This document shows positions 8,457 through 16,998 of a stretch of DNA of 64,000 nucleotides, in pieces. Position 1 is the first letter of the stretch. The number at the start of each line of letters is the position of its first letter. The DNA is taken from assembly GCA_038851755.1 (NCBI GenBank), contig JAWCKR010000001.1, positions 32,001 through 96,000 of the forward strand. The letters run 5' to 3'. A program made the position numbers and the translations under genes. The notes under the pieces are model-generated. The model ran no database searches, was not told the origin of the DNA, and saw nothing but the letters and a program-made list of their open reading frames with translations. Source of the DNA: Candidatus Hadarchaeales archaeon (GTDB lineage Archaea; Hadarchaeota; Hadarchaeia; Hadarchaeales; WYZ-LMO6).

Positions 8457-9577
8457 TTTCCCAGCCTCTCCAGGAAGGCCTGGACCCTGGTCCTGATCCT
8501 CCCCACCTCCGCCAGGGGGCCGTACTGCCTCTCCAGGAGCAGGGTGGGCACGCCCTCCTCCTCCAGCCTCCTGGCGAAGAGGGTGTTGTCCCCCCCGTGC
8601 GTGTCGCAAAACTTCATGTGTTCCAGGATTACCCCCTCCACCCTCCACTCCTTGATCAGCCTCCTCAAAAAGCTGAGCTTCCTCTCGAACTCCCCGTAGG
8701 TCCTGGCGCAAGGCATGTGATAGTAGTACCTCCTGACCAGCGCCTCGAAGGGATCCCCCTTTTCCTCCACCAGATCCACGATGGACCTCATGCCGAAGCA
8801 GAGGGAGTCCGTGACCACCAGACCCCCCTGCCCCTCTATCACCCTCACCAGCTCCGGATCATCGTTCACGCTCCCCACGAGCATCAGCCTGGTCCCTTGG
8901 TGCTCCTTCCCCCTTCCCTCGATTTCTTCTAGGGCCTCCTCCAGCAGACGGTTGTAGACCTCCCTCCTCATGGCCGTGCTCGCCACGTGGAGGGCCAGGG
9001 CCTCCTGCCCGGAAACGGGAGGCTTCTCCCTCTTTCTCCTCTCGTTCAGCTCCAGCAGGAGCCTCCTCCCCCTGTTGTACTCCCTTATGGCCTCCTCCAG
9101 CTTCTCTCCCGTGAGCTTCGTCCCGAAGTGCCTCTCCAGGGCGCCCAGAAGGGAGGAGATCTCCCCCCGGTAGAACTCCAGCCCGTGCTCCGTGAGGGTG
9201 TGGGGAATCCCGAAGTAGTAGAAGAAGGGGGGGAGGTTCCCCGCAGCCTTCCAGCAATCGTACATCCTCCTCACGTGGTCGCAGGTGCGGGAGATCACGG
9301 CCCCGTCCAGGAAGCCGTACTTCCCCTCCAGCACCAGCTGCAGGCAGCAGCGTGTGTAGCTGCAGTTGACGGGACCGTACCAGGCATCCGCCAGGGGGGT
9401 CCCGGAGCACCCCGTCCCCCTTATCCTGAAGGGGAGCATGCCGAGGGCGTGGACGAGCTCCTCCGGGAAGTAGCTGCAGGTGTAGCCTATGACCCTTCCT
9501 CCCCCCCTCTTCCACTCCTCCACATGGGGGTTGGAAATCCCAGAGGAGACCTGCACCAGAGTTTCGAAACTCCTCAC
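8453..9577 (-). CDS. 2-hydroxyacyl-CoA dehydratase / benzoyl-CoA reductase-like Fe-S subunit (374 aa)
   Basis: IGYTCSYFPEELVHALG, NCSY, RTCDHVRR, DSLCFG, PCAR, KFCDTH, RTRVQAFLE. GTG start inferred. Confidence 0.88.
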   Translation of the reverse strand: MRSFETLVQVSSGISNPHVEEWKRGGGRVIGYTCSYFPEELVHALGMLPFRIRGTGCSGTPLADAWYGPVNCSYTRCCLQLVLEGKYGFLDGAVISRTCDHVRRMYDCWKAAGNLPPFFYYFGIPHTLTEHGLEFYRGEISSLLGALERHFGTKLTGEKLEEAIREYNRGRRLLLELNERRKREKPPVSGQEALALHVASTAMRREVYNRLLEEALEEIEGRGKEHQGTRLMLVGSVNDDPELVRVIEGQGGLVVTDSLCFGMRSIVDLVEEKGDPFEALVRRYYYHMPCARTYGEFERKLSFLRRLIKEWRVEGVILEHMKFCDTHGGDNTLFARRLEEEGVPTLLLERQYGPLAEVGRIRTRVQAFLERLGK

Positions 9578-9634
9578 CCAAAAGGATGGGACCGCAGGCT
9601 TAAGTTTTTTTGGGAAGAGGGAAAAGGGAGAGGG

Positions 9635-10831
9635 ATGGGGGACAAGAAGGTTGTGGTCCTGGGCGGCGGCGGGGTGGTGGGGAGAACCGCCGTGAGGGAC
9701 CTGGCCAGGAGCGGGACCTTCTCCGAGGTGGTGGTGGCCGACAAGGAGGTGGAAAAAGCCAAAAAGTACCTGGAGGGGATCCCACACCTCTCCTTCGTGA
9801 AAACGGACATCACGGAGCTTGCCACCCTCCGGGAGGTGATGAAGGGAGCGGATGTGGTGCTCAACACCGTGGGGCCCTTCTACAAGTTCGGTCCCCTCCT
9901 CACCAGGGAGGCCATCCGGGCGGGAGTGGATTACGTGGATATCTGCGACGACTACGAGGCCACGCTGGAGCAGCTGGAGATGGACGAGGAGGCCAAGAAG
10001 AGAGGGGTGACCGTCCTCACGGGGATGGGTTCTTCGCCCGGCGTGGCCAACGTGGTGGCCAAGTTCTGCTGCCAGCTCCTGGACCAGCCGGAGGAGATCC
10101 ACATCTACCACATCCACGGGGGAGAGCCCGACGAGGGGCCCGCGGTGATCTACCACCGCATCCACTACATGGTGGGGAAGATACCCATGCTGAGGGACGG
10201 GAAAATGGTGTACTTCGGGTTCTTCAGCGAGGAGGGGGAGAGGGAGATAGAGGAGGTGGACTTCTACGACCCCATAGGGGTGGTGAAGGTTTATCCGTAC
10301 CCCCATCCGGAGACCATCACCCTCCCCCGCTACATCCCCGGCCTGAAGAGGGTCACCAACAAGGGAGCCGTCCTGCCCCTGGAGTACTACGAGCTCCTGC
10401 GGGAGGCCGTGAGGATGGGGCTGGCCGACGAGAAGCCCCTGAGGGTGGGGGGAGCCTCCGTGGCCCCCATCGACTTCCTGGTCTCCTTCGTCCTCTCCAG
10501 AAGGAGGGAATATGCAGGCAAGCTGCCCGAACCGCTGGGGTGCCTGAAAATCGTGGTGAGGGGGAAGAAGGAGGGGAAGAGGATGGAGTACAGGTTCGCC
10601 ACGCCCTCCAGGGGGGCGGGGATGGGGGAGGGAACGGCCATCCCCGCCTCGGTGGGTACGCAGATGGTGGCCAGGGGGGAGATCGAGGAGAAGGGGGTCC
10701 TCCCCCCCGAGGCTTGCGTGGACCCCATGAGGTTCTTCGAGGCGGTGAGGAGCAGGGAGGGGATGGGAGGCGTCAAAATCATCTTCGAAAACGTGGACGA
10801 GAAGGGAAAGGTGACGCGGATACCCCTCTGA
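9635..10831 (+). CDS. Saccharopine dehydrogenase / lysine 6-dehydrogenase-like NAD(P)-dependent oxidoreductase
   Basis: VVLGGGGVVG Rossmann motif, NTVGPFYKFG, YVDICDD, GMGSSPG, HPETITL, GVLPPE. Confidence 0.85.
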   Translation: MGDKKVVVLGGGGVVGRTAVRDLARSGTFSEVVVADKEVEKAKKYLEGIPHLSFVKTDITELATLREVMKGADVVLNTVGPFYKFGPLLTREAIRAGVDYVDICDDYEATLEQLEMDEEAKKRGVTVLTGMGSSPGVANVVAKFCCQLLDQPEEIHIYHIHGGEPDEGPAVIYHRIHYMVGKIPMLRDGKMVYFGFFSEEGEREIEEVDFYDPIGVVKVYPYPHPETITLPRYIPGLKRVTNKGAVLPLEYYELLREAVRMGLADEKPLRVGGASVAPIDFLVSFVLSRRREYAGKLPEPLGCLKIVVRGKKEGKRMEYRFATPSRGAGMGEGTAIPASVGTQMVARGEIEEKGVLPPEACVDPMRFFEAVRSREGMGGVKIIFENVDEKGKVTRIPL

Positions 10832-10869
10832 CCCAAACTTTTTTCCCCAAAAAACACGAGTTCTTCTGA

Positions 10870-12168
10870 ATGTTCAAGTGGAGGGAAAGGGAGTACGAGG
10901 AACTTGAAGCCCAGCCCGAGGCCCTCCCTGAAGGTGTGGATCCCGAGGAGTACGTCATCGCCACCTACTTCCTCTCCCTGCCCTCCGCCCTGGACCCCTG
11001 GGACGTGGCCAGGGCGCTCGCCATAGAACAAAGCACAGGCACGTGGGTGCCCGTCCCGGGAGAGACCCCGGAGGTGAGGAAAAAGCACGTGGCGAAGGTG
11101 GTGGGGCTGTACGAAACGCCCTATCCCGAGGTCCTCGCCCCCACGGAAGCCAGGGAGAGGAACTACGTGGTGCAAATCGCCTTCCCCCAGGTGAACTTCG
11201 GGAAGCAAATCCCCATGCTCCTCTCCACCGTGGCCGGGAACCTCATGTGCTGGGAGAAGATAAAGCTCCTGGACCTTCGCTTCCCCAAGAGCTTCTTGGA
11301 GGGCTTCAAGGGCCCCAAGTTCGGGATAGAGGGGGTGAGGAAGCTGCTGGGGGTGAGGGAGAGGCCCCTGATCAACAACATGATCAAACCCTGCACGGGC
11401 TTCACCCCAGAGGTGGGCGCGAGGCTGGCCTACGAGGCGGCGGTGGGCGGGGTGGACATGATCAAGGACGACGAACTCCTCGGCAACCCCCCCTTCAACC
11501 CGATAGAGGAGAGGGTCCCGAAGTACATGGAGGCGCTGGACAGGGCGGACAGGGAGAAGGGGGAAAAGACCCTCTACACGGTCAACGTCACGGATGAGGC
11601 CTCCAGGGTGCTGGAGAACGCGGACAGGGCCCTGGAGCTGGGAGCCAACGCCCTCATGATCAACTACCTCACCGCCGGAATCTCCCTCCTCAGGGAGCTG
11701 GCGGAGGACCCGAGCATCAACGTCCCCATCCTGGCCCACATGGACTTCTCGGGCGCCATGTACGTCTCCCCCTACTCCGGCCTCTCCTCCTCCCTCCTGC
11801 TGGGGAAGCTGCCCAGGCTGGCCGGTGCCGACATCGTGGTCTACCCCGCCCCCTACGGGAAGGCCCCCTTCATGAAGGAGAGGTACGTGAGGATAGCCCA
11901 CCACCTGACCTTCCCCTTCCACCACCTCCGCCCGACCTTCCCCATGCCCAGCGGAGGGATCACGCCCTCCATGGTTCCCGAGGTGATGGGTGACCTGGGA
12001 AGGGACATCGTGATAGGCACGGGAGGAGGAATCCATGCCCATCCGATGGGCCCCAGGGCGGGGGCGAGGGCCTTCAGGCTTGCCGTGGAGGCGGCGATGA
12101 AGGGGATGAGCCTGCAGGAGATGGCCAGGGAACACGAGGAGCTGAGGGTGGCCCTCCAGATGGGCTGA
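10870..12168 (+). CDS. RuBisCO-like protein (form IV)
   Basis: AIEQSTGTW, GPKFGIEG, IKP, DMIKDDE, PMPSGG and GGGIHAHPMG are present. Positions equivalent to K177, R295 and H327 are substituted, so it is not a bona fide carboxylase. Confidence 0.9.
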   Translation: MFKWREREYEELEAQPEALPEGVDPEEYVIATYFLSLPSALDPWDVARALAIEQSTGTWVPVPGETPEVRKKHVAKVVGLYETPYPEVLAPTEARERNYVVQIAFPQVNFGKQIPMLLSTVAGNLMCWEKIKLLDLRFPKSFLEGFKGPKFGIEGVRKLLGVRERPLINNMIKPCTGFTPEVGARLAYEAAVGGVDMIKDDELLGNPPFNPIEERVPKYMEALDRADREKGEKTLYTVNVTDEASRVLENADRALELGANALMINYLTAGISLLRELAEDPSINVPILAHMDFSGAMYVSPYSGLSSSLLLGKLPRLAGADIVVYPAPYGKAPFMKERYVRIAHHLTFPFHHLRPTFPMPSGGITPSMVPEVMGDLGRDIVIGTGGGIHAHPMGPRAGARAFRLAVEAAMKGMSLQEMAREHEELRVALQMG

Positions 12169-12177
12169 GGGGGTCCC

Positions 12178-13677
12178 TTGGGGTACATCCTGGCCCACGA
12201 CCTGGGAACGGAACTGAACAAGGCCGCCCTGGTGGACGAGGAGGGGAGGATAGCGGCCTACTGCACCCAGGAGTACTCCGTTTCCTATCCCAGACCGGGC
12301 TGGGCGGAGCAGGACCCGGAGCTCTGGTGGAGGGCCGTCAGGGAGACCACGAGGAAGGTCCTGGGGCTTGCGAGGGTCAAGCCCGAGGAAGTGGAGGCCC
12401 TGGTCTTCGACAGCATGATGTACACGCTGGTGGCGGTGGACCGGGAGGGGAGACCCCTGAGGCCCGCCATCCTCTGGCTGGACACCAGGGCGAAGGTCCA
12501 AGCGGAGGAGCTGATGGGAAGCCTGGACCTGCTGGGCATGCTGGACAGGGGGGTCATCCCACCCACCTCGGCCAAGGACATCACACCCAAGATCCTGTGG
12601 GTGAAACAGGAGGAGCCCGAGGTCTTCGAGAGGGCCCGCTTCATCGACAGCAAGGACTATCTGGTCCACCGGTGCGTGGGTGACTTCTACACGGACTGGA
12701 GCTGCGCCAGCCTCTTCTGCCTCTTCAACTTCAGGGAGAAGAAGTGGGAGGAGGAGCTGGTGGAGGAGATGGGTCTCTCCCTCGACAGGCTCTCCAAACC
12801 CGTGAAGAGCACGGAGGTGGTGGGGAACCTCACGGAGGAGGCCTCCAGGGAGCTGGGGCTCCCCAGGAAGGTGGAGGTGGTCTGCGGGTCGGGGGATGCC
12901 ACCGCCGTGGCGGTGGGGGCGGGGGGACCCCACCTGTACATAGGCACCTCGGCCTGGATAGGGGCCCACGTGGAGGAGCCCCTCTTCGACCTCACGGGGG
13001 TGGGAAGCATCTGTGCCGCCGATCCCTCCAAGTTCTTCCTGATAGGGGAGATGGAGAACGCCGGGGCCTGCCTGAAGTGGTTCAGGGAGACCCTGGCGAG
13101 GGAGGAAAGGGAGAGGGCGGAGAGGGAGGGGAAGGGCCCCTACCAGCTCCTGGACGAGCTGGCCGCCGGTGTGGAGGCGGGGTCCGGAAAGCTCCTCTTC
13201 CTCCCCTGGATGATGGGGGAGAGGTGCCCCTTCACCCAGTCCACTGCCCGAGGGGCCTTCCTGAACCTCACCTTCGGGCACACCAAGGGGCACCTGGTGA
13301 GGGCGGTGCTGGAGGGCGTGGCCTACCACATGAGGTGGATCCTGGAGGTGGTGGAGGGGATGGGGCTCTCCCTCCCCTCCCTCAGGGCCTGCGGAGGAGG
13401 GGCGAAGAGCGAGGTCTGGCTCCAGATCTTCGCCGACGTGATGGGGAAAAAGGTGGAGAGGGTCTCCTCCCCCCACCACGTGGGCTCCCTGGGGGCGGCC
13501 ACCATAGCCAGGGTGGGTCTGGGGAAGACGGACTTCCCCTCCGCGGAGAGGTCCGTGAGGGTGGAAGGGGAGTTTCTCCCCTCCGAGAAGGACCGTGAAA
13601 TCTACGACAGGATGTACGGGGAGTTCAAGGGGATGCAGGGGAGGCTGTCGGAGGTCTTCGAGCGCCTGAACACCTAG
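12178..13677 (+). CDS. FGGY-family carbohydrate kinase (xylulokinase-like)
   Basis: LAHDLGT, GWAEQDPE, AILWLDTR, GSGD, YIGTS, GERCP, RAVLEGVA, GGGAKS. Confidence 0.9.
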   Translation: MGYILAHDLGTELNKAALVDEEGRIAAYCTQEYSVSYPRPGWAEQDPELWWRAVRETTRKVLGLARVKPEEVEALVFDSMMYTLVAVDREGRPLRPAILWLDTRAKVQAEELMGSLDLLGMLDRGVIPPTSAKDITPKILWVKQEEPEVFERARFIDSKDYLVHRCVGDFYTDWSCASLFCLFNFREKKWEEELVEEMGLSLDRLSKPVKSTEVVGNLTEEASRELGLPRKVEVVCGSGDATAVAVGAGGPHLYIGTSAWIGAHVEEPLFDLTGVGSICAADPSKFFLIGEMENAGACLKWFRETLAREERERAEREGKGPYQLLDELAAGVEAGSGKLLFLPWMMGERCPFTQSTARGAFLNLTFGHTKGHLVRAVLEGVAYHMRWILEVVEGMGLSLPSLRACGGGAKSEVWLQIFADVMGKKVERVSSPHHVGSLGAATIARVGLGKTDFPSAERSVRVEGEFLPSEKDREIYDRMYGEFKGMQGRLSEVFERLNT

Positions 13678-14096
13678 ATGTCCACCACCACCTGAACGAA
13701 GGCCCTGTCCCCTTCCTTCCCGACCTCCATCAGGTGGTAGGTCACGGCCTTGACCGCCGTCCTCTCCTCGTGCTTTTTCGGATCGAACCTCTCCCCCCAG
13801 GCCCTCCCCCTCAGTTTCCACCTGCCACCCTCCTCCCCCACCTCCGCCCGGAAGCGTGAGAAGAGGAGCCCCTCGGCGTCCCTGAAGTAGAGGAGCCTGT
13901 CCAGCCAGTCGTAGAGGAGGGCCTGCTCGTCCTCCGCCTCCAGCTCCACCCCCACCTCCTCCCTGGCCTCCACCCTCCCCGTGTCCGTCATGACCTCGAA
14001 GAGGGCCAGGGCAGCGTTCTCGAAGGCCTCACCCAGGTCCTTACCGTAGGCCCTGAAGCCTATGTCAGAAGGATGCTCCACCCACTTGAACTTCAT
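13674..14096 (-). CDS. Archease
   Basis: EHPSDIG, EAFENAA, VKAVTYH, C-terminal VVVDI. Confidence 0.92.
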   Translation of the reverse strand: MKFKWVEHPSDIGFRAYGKDLGEAFENAALALFEVMTDTGRVEAREEVGVELEAEDEQALLYDWLDRLLYFRDAEGLLFSRFRAEVGEEGGRWKLRGRAWGERFDPKKHEERTAVKAVTYHLMEVGKEGDRAFVQVVVDI

Positions 14097-14126
14097 CTCC
14101 CTACCTCGGAGGGAAGGGGTAAAGGG

Positions 14127-14537
14127 TCACCGGTGCCCTTTTTTCTCCCTCTCGAGCACCTTCTCCAGCTTCTCGTCCAGCTCCCTGAGCCTGGCCTCCA
14201 GCTCCTCCGTCCTGGAACCGCCGGAGCCGCGGATGATGAAGCCCGCCAGCAGACCTATGAGGCTGGCGTACAGGCAGATCCCGGAGATCATCAGACCCAT
14301 CGCCAGTACCTTCCCTCCCGTGGTCACCACCACGATGTTCCCGAAGCCCACCGTGCTCTCGATGGAAAGGGCAAGGAAGAGGGCGTCCAGGAAACCCAGG
14401 AGGTTGGGGTTTTCACCGTGCTCCACCGCGTAGAGCACCAGGGCCCCCACCACCGTCACCAGGAGGAAGGCCAGTACCACGTATCCCACCTTGCTTCTCC
14501 TCAGGAAGCCCAGCGCCCTCCCCGCCGCGACCCTCAT
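14127..14537 (-). CDS. Two-TM KcsA-like potassium channel pore protein
   Basis: Two hydrophobic helices flank the filter STVGFGN; C-terminal coiled coil; no RCK domain. Confidence 0.85.
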   Translation of the reverse strand: MRVAAGRALGFLRRSKVGYVVLAFLLVTVVGALVLYAVEHGENPNLLGFLDALFLALSIESTVGFGNIVVVTTGGKVLAMGLMISGICLYASLIGLLAGFIIRGSGGSRTEELEARLRELDEKLEKVLEREKKGHR

Positions 14538-14578
14538 CCCTTACAATGTCCTAACCTTTCCCTAAATACCCGGCAAGG

Positions 14579-15706
14579 TTAGCCCTTGAACCTCACGAAC
14601 CTCTCCCCGATTCCCCTGGCCTTGGGGTGGTGGAGGTGATCCAGGGCCGTCCCCTTCGCCTCCCTTATCCCCATCCACTCCACCAGCTCCCTGAACCTTC
14701 CGCCCGCCAGCCCGTCCGCCACGACCGCGTAACCCTGGGCCGTCTCCTTGGTGAGCCTCGCCCCCTCCAGTCCGCCCACCTCCCTCACTTCACCCAGCCT
14801 GCGCTCCAGCTCCTCCCTGATCCTCCTTATCCTGGTGAGCCTCCCCGAAACCAGGAGTTCCCTCGGCCTTTTCACCGAGACCCTCATGGAAGCCACCGCC
14901 TTCTCTATTCCCTCCATCATGGCCTCGAAGGCCAGCTCGAACCTCTCCCCCCTTCCCTCGACGAACCTCTCGGGGTCCATCTCCCCCGTGATGGTGGCCG
15001 CGCCCCCCACGAAACCGTCCCCCCTCTCCCACCTCCCCACCAGCTGCACCAGCTCCCCGTCGAGGGAGGATGCCGTGAGGAAGCCTATTCCCGGGAAGGT
15101 GGTCCCCCCTATCCCGTCCACGATCTTCCCTCCCTCCACCCCCAGCACCGCGTTGTAACCGAACCCCAGCTCTATCAGGATGAAGGAGACCTCCCGGTAC
15201 GGGATACCCAGCCTGGAGGCCTGGGAGTGGACCCCCAGCACCGCCACCGCCATCTTGTCCGCCGTCCCCATGTCCAGCTTGTTGACCTTCCTGAACTCGG
15301 GGACCGTGGGCAGCTCCACCACGGAGGGTATGAAGACCACCGGAAGTCTCTCCTTCCTCATCCAGAGGCAGGCCTCGGTCATGTTCCTGTAGAGGATCGC
15401 CCCGAAGAGCCCCCCTTCGATGGCCTTCAGAACCTCCTCCTTGGTGGTGAGGAGGATGTAGTTGTAGTACCACTGCTCGAACCTCTCCTCGGGGACCTCC
15501 TCTATCCTCGTCAGCTCCACCCCGTACCCGGAGGGTCCGGCGATGAGGTCCACGGGTAGTGCCTCCTCAACCGCCTCCCTGAAGAGATTGGGTCTCTTCA
15601 CCAGCTCGGCGTTGTCCAGTGACCTCTCGTAAACCACCCCCCCGTCCTCCAGACCGCAGAGGTCCATGCTCCTGGTCCCCGGATCTATCCCCAGCACCCT
15701 CACCAT
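14579..15706 (-). CDS. DUF1464-family protein (ASKHA/butyrate kinase-like fold)
   Basis: GIDPGTRSMD, AGPSGYG, NKLDMGTADK, GKIVDGIGG, KETAQG. Confidence 0.8.
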   Translation of the reverse strand: MVRVLGIDPGTRSMDLCGLEDGGVVYERSLDNAELVKRPNLFREAVEEALPVDLIAGPSGYGVELTRIEEVPEERFEQWYYNYILLTTKEEVLKAIEGGLFGAILYRNMTEACLWMRKERLPVVFIPSVVELPTVPEFRKVNKLDMGTADKMAVAVLGVHSQASRLGIPYREVSFILIELGFGYNAVLGVEGGKIVDGIGGTTFPGIGFLTASSLDGELVQLVGRWERGDGFVGGAATITGEMDPERFVEGRGERFELAFEAMMEGIEKAVASMRVSVKRPRELLVSGRLTRIRRIREELERRLGEVREVGGLEGARLTKETAQGYAVVADGLAGGRFRELVEWMGIREAKGTALDHLHHPKARGIGERFVRFKG

Positions 15707-15720
15707 CGTGCTCCCTCCTC

Positions 15721-16059
15721 CTAGGTCCCCTCCAGTTTTATCCTATGCCCTCTCCTCACCCCTCCCCTCCTGAGGGTGCCGGGAGGAAACTCCAGCAGGG
15801 CCTCTGAACCCCTGGGAGCCAGGCAGAACCTCCAGGGCTTCATCCTCCTCACCACCTTGACCGCCCTGCCGTCCTTCAGGAAGAGGAGGTCCAGGGGAAA
15901 GCGCACCAGGCAGGTGTGGACGTGCAGGCTTCCCCCCCTGAAGAGGAGGGTAGTGGGTTCTTTCCTGAGCATCTGACCCCTCAGCCTCTTCCAGAAGCCC
16001 TCCGCCACCTCCACCCTCTCTGCCAGCACACGACCCGTGTCCTCATCCACCACCCTCAT
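15721..16059 (-). CDS. DUF192-family protein
   Basis: VEVAEGFWKRLRG, VHTCLVRFPLDLLFL, MKPWR, LLEFPPG. Confidence 0.75.
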   Translation of the reverse strand: MRVVDEDTGRVLAERVEVAEGFWKRLRGQMLRKEPTTLLFRGGSLHVHTCLVRFPLDLLFLKDGRAVKVVRRMKPWRFCLAPRGSEALLEFPPGTLRRGGVRRGHRIKLEGT

Positions 16060-16123
16060 TCGCAGATCCCCCAGGTTCCTTCCACGCGCAATCCTTAAGG
16101 AGTGGGGGAGGTAGGAGAAAGGG

Positions 16124-16891
16124 ATGGAGGCGGAGATCGCTGCCAGGATCATAGGGGAGTTCTCCAAGGAGCTCCTGGAGAACCTGAAACTGGACGCCGC
16201 AGTGGTGGGTGCCGGACCGGCGGGCCTCACCGCAGCGAGGTACCTGGCCAGGGGAGGGAAGAAGGTGGCTGTCTTCGAGAGGAACCTCTGGGTGGGGGGA
16301 GGGATGTGGGGTGGAGGGATCCTCTTCCCCAAGCTCGTGGTGGAGAGGGAGGCCGCCGACCTGCTCCGGGAAGTGGGGGTGAAGCTCCAGGGAGAGGGCT
16401 CTCTGCTGACGGCGGATGCGGTGGAGGTGGTGGCCAAGTGCACCTCCTCCGCCCTCGACGCAGGCGCCAGGATCTTCGTGGGGATGGAGGTGGAGGACCT
16501 GATGGTGAAGAACTCCAGGGTCTGCGGGGTGGTCCTGAACTGGAGGGCCGTGAATCTGGCCAGGATGCACGTGGACCCCATAGGGGTGGAAGCTAAGGTG
16601 GTGATCGATGCCACGGGTCACGAAGCCTTCCTCGCGAGGGTGCTGGAGAGGAAGCTTCCGGGGGTGAGGTTCCCCACCTCCACCGGGAAGATCGTGGGGG
16701 AGGGACCCATGGACGCTGAAGTTGCCGAGAGGGAGATCGTGGAGAACACGAGGGAGATCTACCCTGGCCTGGTGGTGGCGGGGATGACGGCCGGGGCCGT
16801 GTTCGGCTCCCCGCGCATGGGCCCGGTGTTCGGGGGAATGCTGCTCTCCGGAAAGAAGGCGGCGGGACTCGCTCTCAAGCTGCTAACCTGA
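16124..16891 (+). CDS. thi4: Sulfide-dependent (non-Cys) thiazole synthase
   Basis: VGAGPAGL, GGGMWGGG, HVDP (His at the position of the suicide Cys), DATGH, PRMGPVFGGMLLSG. Confidence 0.92.
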   Translation: MEAEIAARIIGEFSKELLENLKLDAAVVGAGPAGLTAARYLARGGKKVAVFERNLWVGGGMWGGGILFPKLVVEREAADLLREVGVKLQGEGSLLTADAVEVVAKCTSSALDAGARIFVGMEVEDLMVKNSRVCGVVLNWRAVNLARMHVDPIGVEAKVVIDATGHEAFLARVLERKLPGVRFPTSTGKIVGEGPMDAEVAEREIVENTREIYPGLVVAGMTAGAVFGSPRMGPVFGGMLLSGKKAAGLALKLLT

Positions 16892-16998
16892 GAGGTGGGG
16901 AAGCCCCACGAACAAGCAAAACTAAAATATCGGCACAAACGACGTTAGCCGATGGTGGACAGACCCGGGAGCCCGTCTCACTCTCAACGACAACTGGG

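Noticed and set aside
9604-10855. Similar GTTTTTT(T/G)GGGAA motifs in inverted orientation flanking the dehydrogenase gene
   Set aside because: Short and low-complexity, explainable as promoter and oligo-T elements; no transposase or target-site duplication.
10870-12168. Possible CO2-fixing form III RuBisCO
   Set aside because: Key residues equivalent to K177, R295 and H327 are substituted, and there are no AMP phosphorylase, R15P isomerase or PRK genes nearby.
10387-13821. Very long antisense ORFs (1144 aa here; also 21530-23641, 25729-27906, 29920-31851)
   Set aside because: Shadow frames of well-supported genes on the opposite strand. High GC3 suppresses stop codons and the translations show no family motifs.
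13674-14096. Archease without adjacent rtcB
   Set aside because: The two genes are frequently unlinked in archaea, so this is uninformative.
16060-16998. TPP or other riboswitch around thi4
   Set aside because: No TPP consensus (CUGAGA plus AUACCUG in proper context) upstream; the downstream hairpins match no family I recognise.
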